Source: Bacteroidota bacterium (GTDB lineage Bacteria; Bacteroidota; Ignavibacteria; UBA10030; SZUA-254). Taken from it: 64,000 nt of DNA. The translations under genes and the position numbers were made by a program. The stretch is from assembly GCA_044449065.1 (NCBI GenBank), contig JBIOHP010000003.1:68076-132075 (forward strand), written 5' to 3'. Below, in pieces: positions 7,101 to 15,582 of this stretch. The number at the start of each line of letters is the position of its first letter. Positions within the stretch are counted from its first letter, which is position 1. Below the pieces are notes generated by a model. That model was not told where the DNA came from and ran no database searches. It saw nothing but the letters and a program-made list of their open reading frames with translations.

Positions 7101-9752
7101 TTGAAAAAATTATTTCTGCGGATAAAAATACCCATAAATTCGTTCCCATTCCTCATTTTTTTGTTTGTTAACGGTTCGTTATTCGTTCCTTTGTATGGAC
7201 AAAATTTCCTAACCAATACCCGCAAGCTGCCTATTGTTACGGGGGAGGCAACTATCCACCATTACGAATATGTTCTTCCCGATGGCTGGATTTACCGGTA
7301 CGACATCGATAACGGACATACGCTCATCGATAGCTTCAGCATTCCAACTTCGCAGGGCACGCGGGGCGTTTCGGTCAATCCCCCTACCGGCATGATGTAT
7401 ATCAGCTATCGCGGCGATGGCGGCTTCCGCGGCAATGGCTCCATCCTGCAATTCAATCTCCTCACCAATACTGTCGGATGGAATAAAAGCTACTCGCATG
7501 GGATTGACAGCCATGAAGCATCCCCGGATGGCAAGATAATATATAGTCCCGATGGAGAACTCTCCGGCGATGGAAAATGGTATCTCATCAACGCGTCCGA
7601 TGGCAGTGAAACAGGTGTTACTATTAATACATCGACTCAGGGACCGCATAACACCATCGTCAGTTTGGATGGCACGCGGCTGTATATGGGCGACCGCGAT
7701 CCGTATAATGTCGGCAACGATTATTTCTACGTTGCAAACACAGCGAACGATTCGGTAATTCAAAAGGTCGGTCCGCTTATCAGGGGAATCAGACCATTCA
7801 CGATTAACGGCAAAGGCACAATCGCATATATCACCATCACAGGTTTTCTTGGATTTCAAGTCGGCAGCATCACTACCGGTAATGTTCTCTTTACCGTTGA
7901 TCTGACGAAAATGGGTTTTACCATCAGCCGCTGCTTTACCGATGGTTTCCCCGGCGGAAATTGCCAGACAAGTCACGGCATCTCGCTTTCACCGGATGAG
8001 AAAGAGATTTATGTCATCGATTCGCCGAACAGCTATGTGCATGTGTTTGATGTAAGCGGGGTTGAGAGCGGCACCGCGCCGGTAAAGATCGCCGATATTC
8101 ATTTGAACCACCCCTTCTTAGGTCAGGCGTCGAGCTGCGCGTATGATTGTTTACAGATCGGCTGGCTGCAGCACAGTCTTGACGGCAGGTATGTCTATGT
8201 CGGCGATTGCGGAGATATAATAGAGACGGCGACGCATTCGATCGTCGGCTTTATACCCGCGATGCGCAACACGAGAAAGATAATTGAAATAGATTTCCAA
8301 AACGGCAGCCCCATAGCCACAAGCACCCGGCAGGGAATAGGGTATGTGAGAGGCAATTCCGCGCCTTCGAGTCCGCTATTATCTAATCCTGTTAATGGCG
8401 CCACGGGTGAACCGACGAATATAACATTAAGCTGGAATAAAGCAAACGGCGATTCAATGTACCGTGTGCAGGCGGGAACTGATTCTAATTTTACTTCTAT
8501 CGTTATCGATGATTCGGCATTGGTTGACACATTCAAGCAAATCCCATCCTTATTGAATGCGACCTCATATTTTTGGCGGGTTCGAGCAAAAAATGTAAAC
8601 GGATTAAGCCCCTGGTCGCAGACCTGGAAATTCACAACTACTGCGTCGTCGCTTCCGGCGCCTAGGTTGGTATCGCCGGATAGTTCCTCAACGAACATGC
8701 CTACACTGGAAGTTCTCCACTGGAATAATGTTGCGGCGGCGGATTCATACAGAGTACAACTTGCTGCCGGTTTCGCCTTCGTTTCCCTCGAGAAAGATAC
8801 CGTCATCGCTATCGATTCAGTCATGATTGATAGCTTACTCCCTTCCAGTAAATACTATTGGCGTGTTGCTGCAAAGAACAGCCAGGGATTAGGTCCATGG
8901 TCTGAAACTTGGTGGTTTGCCACCCAGCGGCGTTGGGTTTCAGTGAACGTTTCACTCACGCATGGATGGAATATGGTTTCCGTTCCGGTAATTCCAAGAG
9001 ATTCATTGGCTGCTGCCATATTTCAAAATTCCTATTCAAGCGTTTATGGATACAGGGGCGGGTATGTCTCCGATGACACGCTTATCAATGGCGCCGGTTA
9101 TTGGGTAAAGTATCTGCGGGACACCAGTTTGTCCATAAGCGGATACGATATCGTTTCTGATACATTCAATGTTCTTGAGGGTTGGAATTTAATTGGATCT
9201 ATCAGTTCACCTTTCCCAACAACAAAAGTAACATCGTTGCCCGGAGGGTTGCAAGCATCCGGATTTTTTAGATATTCAACAGGATACCACCAGGTGGATA
9301 CGCTTCAACCGGGAGTTGGTTATTGGGTCAAGATAGATCAAGCAGGACAATTGATTTTCGCATCATCGAACGCAGCATCAGATTTATTTTCACTGAAAAT
9401 TATTCCAACTAACGAACTTCCCCCAAATCCACCCGACGCAATCGATCAGTCAAAAACCGGGATTCCCGAAAAGTTTTCGCTGGAACAGAATTATCCCAAT
9501 CCGTTCAATCCGACCACGGTATTTCAATATGCATTGCCTCTTGAAGCCATAGTCACATTGAAAGTATATAATGTCCTTGGGGAAGAGGTCGCAACATTGG
9601 TGAACGGAACACAACCGGCTGGTTTTAAATCAATAACATGGGATGGGAGTATGTTATCCAGCGGCGTGTATTTTTATAGTCTCGAGGCAGCCAGCGTTTC
9701 CGATCCGGCAAGATCATTCAGGCAAGTTCGGAAGATGCTGCTGTTGAAGTGA
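7101..9752 (+). CDS. Secreted multidomain T9SS cargo protein: N-terminal beta-propeller-like region, Fn3-like repeats, a duplicated 'GWN...GYWVK' module, and a type-A T9SS C-terminal sorting domain
   Basis: There is a signal peptide. Fn3-like repeats are recognisable (YRVQAGTDSNF...YFWRVRAKNVNGLSPWSQTWKFTT, twice). The C-terminal CTD motif is PNPFNPTT...VYNVLGEEVATLVNG...SGVYFYSLEA...KMLLLK. Confidence 0.8.
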   Translation: MKKLFLRIKIPINSFPFLIFLFVNGSLFVPLYGQNFLTNTRKLPIVTGEATIHHYEYVLPDGWIYRYDIDNGHTLIDSFSIPTSQGTRGVSVNPPTGMMYISYRGDGGFRGNGSILQFNLLTNTVGWNKSYSHGIDSHEASPDGKIIYSPDGELSGDGKWYLINASDGSETGVTINTSTQGPHNTIVSLDGTRLYMGDRDPYNVGNDYFYVANTANDSVIQKVGPLIRGIRPFTINGKGTIAYITITGFLGFQVGSITTGNVLFTVDLTKMGFTISRCFTDGFPGGNCQTSHGISLSPDEKEIYVIDSPNSYVHVFDVSGVESGTAPVKIADIHLNHPFLGQASSCAYDCLQIGWLQHSLDGRYVYVGDCGDIIETATHSIVGFIPAMRNTRKIIEIDFQNGSPIATSTRQGIGYVRGNSAPSSPLLSNPVNGATGEPTNITLSWNKANGDSMYRVQAGTDSNFTSIVIDDSALVDTFKQIPSLLNATSYFWRVRAKNVNGLSPWSQTWKFTTTASSLPAPRLVSPDSSSTNMPTLEVLHWNNVAAADSYRVQLAAGFAFVSLEKDTVIAIDSVMIDSLLPSSKYYWRVAAKNSQGLGPWSETWWFATQRRWVSVNVSLTHGWNMVSVPVIPRDSLAAAIFQNSYSSVYGYRGGYVSDDTLINGAGYWVKYLRDTSLSISGYDIVSDTFNVLEGWNLIGSISSPFPTTKVTSLPGGLQASGFFRYSTGYHQVDTLQPGVGYWVKIDQAGQLIFASSNAASDLFSLKIIPTNELPPNPPDAIDQSKTGIPEKFSLEQNYPNPFNPTTVFQYALPLEAIVTLKVYNVLGEEVATLVNGTQPAGFKSITWDGSMLSSGVYFYSLEAASVSDPARSFRQVRKMLLLK

Positions 9753-10078
9753 TTTTCTGCTGGCGTTTCAAGATTGTCTATCCTTGAATTATAATATATA
9801 TCCAATCACCATAACCGATTTTCTGGTATGTGATTATAGAGTAATGGAACCGCAATCTTCATTGACTTCCTCATCAGTTCTAGGTAAATTATAAGTATTA
9901 AATATAGGTTCTCAGAGCGGTTGCAAGTGCGCGTTTCTGTGACCTGATAGAAGAACGAATGTCCGCAATGGTTCATTCATTATTCGCTCCCCTACCGAGC
10001 CACTCCGTGCACGGTTCCCAATATACTAAAATCATCCGGTCTGGAATCAGTTTCAGAAATGCTGATTCGCGCCTATCC

Positions 10079-10098
10079 AATTGACGATATCGTCAATT
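10079..10098. promoter_or_regulatory. 20-bp perfect palindrome AATTGACGATATCGTCAATT; candidate operator
   Basis: Read directly from the sequence. It lies about 35 bp upstream of the small ORF at 10133. Confidence 0.35.
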
Positions 10099-10132
10099 AT
10101 AACGGGATTTCTTGTAGTATTTTATAATTTAT

Positions 10133-10378
10133 ATGAGAAATTTTATTTTATTGCAGGCACGGGATCCATTCCACCTGAACATGACGAACATCGCCCTTGG
10201 ATGTTTTGTGATTGCGCTTGTTGCCTATCTCATTGTCAATATAGTGATCGACTTAAGACAACGGAAAGATAAGAAAAAAATAAAAATGGATTTAAAATCG
10301 ATCCTAACTAAACTTGGAGTAACAATGCAGGATGGCGGGGAGAAATCGAAAAAAGATGATGAGGAACCGGAAGTGTGA
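10133..10378 (+). CDS. Small hypothetical single-TM protein (81 aa) with a Lys/Glu-rich tail
   Basis: ORF with one hydrophobic helix. There is no similarity evidence. Confidence 0.3.
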   Translation: MRNFILLQARDPFHLNMTNIALGCFVIALVAYLIVNIVIDLRQRKDKKKIKMDLKSILTKLGVTMQDGGEKSKKDDEEPEV

Positions 10379-10431
10379 ATAAAGCGAAATGTTTTCTTCT
10401 GGCCGCTCATACCGATAAATCTTTCTAAATG

Positions 10432-11025
10432 TCATTTCTTTTTATACGTCCAGTACTGCGCTTGCGCGCATTTTGGACATATACCGTGAGAGAATGTGAT
10501 ATCGTGATGCGTGGAAAAATACTTTTCTACGCTTTCCCAGTATTGATCGTCATTCCGTATGCTCTTGCAATTTGAGCACATCGGCAACAGGTATCTTAAT
10601 TGATGCAATTCAGTTATATCCTCCATGATCAAAATTGCGTAGGACTCATTATTGTAGGGAAGAGGCGAAGTCGTTACCAATATATCCATTTCTTTTCTTC
10701 CCACACCATCAAGCACCTCAAATCGAGTCCGTTCTCTGTAGACCGTTTTTTGGCGAATGGCAGAGTTGACAGAATTTCTGATGATACAGGAATTGCAGGA
10801 GGTTGAATGACCGCATCCTTCATTCGTTTCGGTTGAATGAAGACAGTGCAGCGCATCTCCCCCCCGTTGTAAATAAACTTTCGATAATTCGGGTCCAAAA
10901 GTGGAAGTTGCCGCGGGATTTATATGATGAATCCGAACGTCCGAATCAACGATGAATAACGGGGAGGGAAGAGAATCAAAAAGTTTGATTAAGAAATCTA
11001 AACTTGAAAATAACAAATTTTGCAT
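10432..11025 (-). CDS. PAS-domain sensor protein with a C-terminal Cys/His-rich putative metal-binding motif
   Basis: The N-terminal region is PAS-like (LFIVDSDVRIHHINPAATSTFG). The C-terminus carries CSNCKSIRNDDQYW...HHDITFSHGICPKCAQ. Confidence 0.55.
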   Translation of the reverse strand: MQNLLFSSLDFLIKLFDSLPSPLFIVDSDVRIHHINPAATSTFGPELSKVYLQRGGDALHCLHSTETNEGCGHSTSCNSCIIRNSVNSAIRQKTVYRERTRFEVLDGVGRKEMDILVTTSPLPYNNESYAILIMEDITELHQLRYLLPMCSNCKSIRNDDQYWESVEKYFSTHHDITFSHGICPKCAQAQYWTYKKK

Positions 11026-11096
11026 CAGGGTTTCAAAAATAAATGAACAAAGTGGATATAGGTAAAGAATATTTGGACATTGCCTCTCATTGCAGA

Positions 11097-12113
11097 TTAT
11101 TTTGTGTCATCGCTAACTATCTCATAGACACGGATCTCCGCATTTAGAACACCGTGTTTAGGAACTGCGAGGTAGTAACGGTTTAATTGTGGGATAAACA
11201 AGGCGGTTCTTGCGCCTTCGGAAGTCGGAACGAGCTCTGCTATTTGATAATGACGAGGGTCCTTTTGTTCTATTACCGCAATGTATCCCTCCCCGCTGGA
11301 AACGAAAATATAATGGTGAACCGGATCAATAAAGATGTCGTCCGCGTCGTGTGGAATTTTTAATAGCGCGATTTCCTTCAGGGAATCAGTATCTAAGATA
11401 AGGAGTCGCGGCGGGGTGCGGTAACCAATGTATAAACGACTACTATTTTCATCGAGCGCCAATGAATAATTATCTCGTAAGTCCTCATGAGTTCTTTTTA
11501 AAATAACTTTGCCTGCTAGGTCGATTATTGCGAGACGATTGATAGTCGGAATATTCACAAAGATTCTATGTCTGATGGATTCAATAGCAAATGCTTCTGG
11601 ATGACCTGTCAGTCCAATATCTGATTCATGAGTCCATGTTAACGGATCGATAATTGCTAGAGAACCGGTTCCAAATCCGAGATACACTTTCCCGGCGTCA
11701 GCGTCATAGCGAAGATTATCGGCGTCATTGTTAAAAGTGAAACGTTTCAACACCGTATATGTGTTGCCGTCAAGAATATTGCATGTTCCATCGCCGCCAT
11801 TCGCAACGACCAGCCGGTTTGAATCTGGTAAAAAGAGAATACCCTGCGGTTCAACGAATCCGCCGATAGATTGAAGCCGTTTTGCCTGCTGAAGATCGAC
11901 AACTTCTACCGAGTTATTTCCCAGCGCCGCGATGAACAATCTCCCTCCCATCGGATCATACGCTATGTGATCAATTCGCCCGGCAACGTCGGGAAGGGGA
12001 ATTGTTTGTACTAATTTTAATCGTGATGAGGATTGCAATTCGAATGGAAGGAATACGCTATAAAAGAGTAACGATGCGATAAACGTTGGTATTCTCATGG
12101 TATTGTGCGGCAC
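11097..12113 (-). CDS. Secreted beta-propeller repeat protein (YVTN/YncE-like)
   Basis: It has a signal peptide and repeated blade-like segments about 40 aa long (e.g. DHIAYDPMGGRLFIAALGNNSVEVVDL; LVVANGGDGTCNILD). Confidence 0.55.
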   Translation of the reverse strand: MPHNTMRIPTFIASLLFYSVFLPFELQSSSRLKLVQTIPLPDVAGRIDHIAYDPMGGRLFIAALGNNSVEVVDLQQAKRLQSIGGFVEPQGILFLPDSNRLVVANGGDGTCNILDGNTYTVLKRFTFNNDADNLRYDADAGKVYLGFGTGSLAIIDPLTWTHESDIGLTGHPEAFAIESIRHRIFVNIPTINRLAIIDLAGKVILKRTHEDLRDNYSLALDENSSRLYIGYRTPPRLLILDTDSLKEIALLKIPHDADDIFIDPVHHYIFVSSGEGYIAVIEQKDPRHYQIAELVPTSEGARTALFIPQLNRYYLAVPKHGVLNAEIRVYEIVSDDTK

Positions 12114-12374
12114 TGTGAATCTGAAAATATATTAGTTCTATTTCATTGAATAAGATTTTTTAGACTACGTATTAGGTTAGATTCCATTTAGAATCCCCGT
12201 TTCTCAAACAATATAAAGAGTATACATGTTACCATTAAATTAAAGAGATGTATTAAAAGAATCAATAGGGTAAGAAATACCGGGAATGTATGGAAAGAGG
12301 CGGATTTGATGAAGTAATTGAAAAAAATAGTAAAAACGGTCCGGGGGAGGTCCAGTGGAGGAGGCAGAGCCGGA

Positions 12375-15122
12375 TTATTTATCCAACGCTTTTCTGACGC
12401 TTCTCAATATTGAAGCAACCTGGTACGGTTTTTGAAGAAAATCTTTTGCGCCGGCACGGGACATCTCCAGCCGCACTTCGGGTTCTATGTACCCGCTTGC
12501 GACAATTAATCTAATTGCGGGATTAATTTCTTTCAACCGGAGGAAGACGTCTCTCCCCGATAATCTGGGCAGACCGAGATCGCTGATGACAAGATCGATG
12601 GTTTTCCTCTGTTCCCGGTAAAGTCCTACCGCGGATTCACCATCCCTGGCGACCAAAATATGATACCCGCTCCCTTCGAGAACGGATTGCATGAATTCAA
12701 CGAGAAATTCTTCGTCCTCGACGATAAGAATTGTTTCTGCGCCGCCCGATATTTCTTCCTGGATTTTGTCCTCCGGTTGATTTGCAATTTCGGAAGCAGG
12801 CGGAACGGGGAAATAAAGATGGAACATCGATCCTTTACCATATTCGCTATCGACGGAGATGAATCCTTTATGGCTCATGACCACGCCGTAAACGACAGCC
12901 AGACCGAGACCCGTTCCTTTCCCTTTATCCTTCGTGGTGAAGAACGGTTCGAAAATCCGGTTCTTCATTTCTTCGCTCATGCCCATGCCCGTATCGGAGA
13001 GCGAAACCTCGACATAACGATCTACCGAAGCGTCATGAAAGCGCATCCTGAGTTTCGAGCCGTCCGCCATTTGAGTTTTAAATTTCATCTTACCCCCGCC
13101 TTGCATTGCATCCCGCGCGTTCACGCATAGGTTCAACAGCACCTGATGAAATTGTGTTTGATCTGCAATAATGAGGGGGAGATTCTCGGTAAGCTCCAGT
13201 TCAATCGTAATGAACCGTGGAAATGTTTCCCCGAGCATTTTAGCGATATCCCTGACGATGGTATTAACGTCGAGCGGAGTCTGCACAACTTCAGTCTGGC
13301 GGGCAAACGTTAAAATTTGTTTAACAAGGGACGCCCCGCGCTGCACGGTGCTATCGATGACTGCGGCGGCTTTGTTGATTACTTCAGGCGATTTCTCTCC
13401 GCCCTGGAGCAACCGGTTGTATCCCATAATGATCCCGAGAATATTATTGAAATCATGGGCAATTCCGCTGGCAAGTGTTCCGATGCTTTCTAATTTTTGC
13501 GCCCGGATTAATTCCTGCTCCAGCCGTTTACGCGGAGTATCATCGAAAATGTATCCTTTAAATTGTATCAATTCTCCTTTATCGTTGAAGACGCCGATTG
13601 CATTTTCGATAATATTAATCAATGTGCCGTCACGGCGGCGCATCGTTCCTTCGTAATATTCAAGTTTCTTCTTCTGCTGAAGAAGCCGCATAAAATCGCC
13701 GCGTTTCTGCGGATTGGTATACAGCGACCGTATATCGGCGTTAAGTGCTTCTTCAACGCTGGCATATCCGAAGATCCGCGCAAAGGCGGGATTGCAATCG
13801 AGCAGGCGTCCTTCGGTTGTTGCGATATAATCGCCCGTGAGATCTTCCTCAAAAAATCTCCGGTACCGTTCTTCGCTTTTTCGCAATTCGCCTTCGATGC
13901 GTTTACGTTCGGTCACATCGCGCAAAATTCCTTCATGATACAGAACATTGCCGTCTTCGTCGTGTACATATTGCCCGTGATCTTCCACCCATATTTCGGA
14001 TCCGTCTTTTTTCCGCATCCGGAATACTTCAATTTTTTCCAAGCCGGTATCGAGGAACAGACTTTCCCGATCTTCCTCCGCAAAATAAAGGTCGTTCTTG
14101 ATGTCGATAGTCAGCATTTCTTCTTTGCTGGCATAACCAAACATTTTCACCATCGCGGGGTTAATATCCACAAAATGACCTTCATGCGTGCTGCGGTATA
14201 TGCCGTCCATCATCCGGTCGAATAATGACCGATAGCGTTCTTCCGATTCCCGCAGCGCTTTCTCGATTCGCATACGCTCGGTTACATCGCGCAGAATGCC
14301 TTCGTGAAATATGACATTGCCGTGTTCATCATGCACGTATTGGCCATGATCTTCCACCCATATCTCGGCGCCGTCCTTCCGCTTCATGCGGAAGATCTCA
14401 ATTTTTTCCTGTCCGGTGTCTAAAAATAAACTTTCCCGGTCTTCCTCTGCAAAATAGCAATCCTTTTTAATGTCGATTGCAAGCATTTCTTCCTTGCATG
14501 CATACCCGAACATCTTCACCATGGCGTCGTTGACCTCGATAAATTTTCCGTTATGGGTGCTTCGATAGATACCATCCATCATACGGTCGAAAAGGGTGCG
14601 GTACCGTTCGTGCGACGCCCGTAATTCTTCTTCCATTTGTTTGCGGTCTGTAATATCCGTGATAAACCCGAGGATGGCTGGATGATTCCGGTAGGTGATT
14701 AATTTTGATGTTATGATCGAGGCGATTTTCGCGCCTGATTTTGTTACTAAGATATATTCGTACGGGATAACTTCTTCGCCATGAACATGTTTTGCATATG
14801 CGTCATCGACAAGTGAGCGGGATTCTATTGCGACCAACGATCGGAAATCGAATGAGGGGTGCATGAGTTCTTTCTTCGAATACCCCATCATCATTTCGCA
14901 TTTTGAATTCGCATACACAATTCTTCCGTTTTGATTGATGAAAATCATGTGGGGGGATTGCTCGGCGAGGATATTAAATTGATCTTCAGCTCCCTCTGGT
15001 ATTACTTCGGGAGATGGCCGTGAAACAGTCTCTGATAATTGTTTTTCGAGCTTCGCTATCCGAGTCCGAAGAGTCTTAAGTTCCTTCAACGGATCAGATT
15101 TTGGACTATGTTCATCTGCCAT
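12375..15122 (-). CDS. Multi-PAS hybrid sensor histidine kinase (PAS x4, HisKA, HATPase_c, C-terminal receiver)
   Basis: HisKA H-box [13 protein letters not shown]; HATPase G-boxes [11 protein letters not shown]; receiver ILIVEDEEF...[10 protein letters not shown]...K. There is an N-terminal coiled coil. Two PAS units are near-identical tandem copies. Confidence 0.85.
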   Translation of the reverse strand: MADEHSPKSDPLKELKTLRTRIAKLEKQLSETVSRPSPEVIPEGAEDQFNILAEQSPHMIFINQNGRIVYANSKCEMMMGYSKKELMHPSFDFRSLVAIESRSLVDDAYAKHVHGEEVIPYEYILVTKSGAKIASIITSKLITYRNHPAILGFITDITDRKQMEEELRASHERYRTLFDRMMDGIYRSTHNGKFIEVNDAMVKMFGYACKEEMLAIDIKKDCYFAEEDRESLFLDTGQEKIEIFRMKRKDGAEIWVEDHGQYVHDEHGNVIFHEGILRDVTERMRIEKALRESEERYRSLFDRMMDGIYRSTHEGHFVDINPAMVKMFGYASKEEMLTIDIKNDLYFAEEDRESLFLDTGLEKIEVFRMRKKDGSEIWVEDHGQYVHDEDGNVLYHEGILRDVTERKRIEGELRKSEERYRRFFEEDLTGDYIATTEGRLLDCNPAFARIFGYASVEEALNADIRSLYTNPQKRGDFMRLLQQKKKLEYYEGTMRRRDGTLINIIENAIGVFNDKGELIQFKGYIFDDTPRKRLEQELIRAQKLESIGTLASGIAHDFNNILGIIMGYNRLLQGGEKSPEVINKAAAVIDSTVQRGASLVKQILTFARQTEVVQTPLDVNTIVRDIAKMLGETFPRFITIELELTENLPLIIADQTQFHQVLLNLCVNARDAMQGGGKMKFKTQMADGSKLRMRFHDASVDRYVEVSLSDTGMGMSEEMKNRIFEPFFTTKDKGKGTGLGLAVVYGVVMSHKGFISVDSEYGKGSMFHLYFPVPPASEIANQPEDKIQEEISGGAETILIVEDEEFLVEFMQSVLEGSGYHILVARDGESAVGLYREQRKTIDLVISDLGLPRLSGRDVFLRLKEINPAIRLIVASGYIEPEVRLEMSRAGAKDFLQKPYQVASILRSVRKALDK
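13861..14609. repeat. Tandem duplication of about 375 bp (13861-14240 and 14229-14609) encoding two near-identical PAS domains inside the histidine kinase gene
   Basis: The protein repeats are [23 protein letters not shown]...[13 protein letters not shown] and [23 protein letters not shown]...[13 protein letters not shown]. The nucleotide copies are visibly similar, estimated at about 75-80% identity. Confidence 0.7.
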
Positions 15123-15582
15123 AGGGGAATTTTACTAAATTAGACAATATCGCGTAATTGTTTTGACTTTAAAAATTAAAGAAAAGATACCCGATTTGCA
15201 AGGGGGTGTGAGATCAACATCACATCCCAAAACGCCTCAATTACTCTTAATATAAGGATATTATGCCTCGTCAGTGTTTTCTAAACGACCTTTATATGAG
15301 GAGTCTGTGTGAAAAATCAATTCGTGTAGTAGCCGATCACCTGATCGGCGCGTTAAATCTCATTAAATCGCCGGTTTGATAACCTGCTACTACATTGACA
15401 TACTATTTATCACACAGACTCTAGGGTGAGGGGATAGAAATAATTTAGATGCTGACCTTTATGAGACACTATAATTTGCTCGAAGGGATGGTCGGTCCAG
15501 CCGTTGTATCTAACATCGGTAAAGATATTGACGAGCACTTGCCGTTGAAGCAAATTGATGCGATGATTACAACCCTGCTGGA

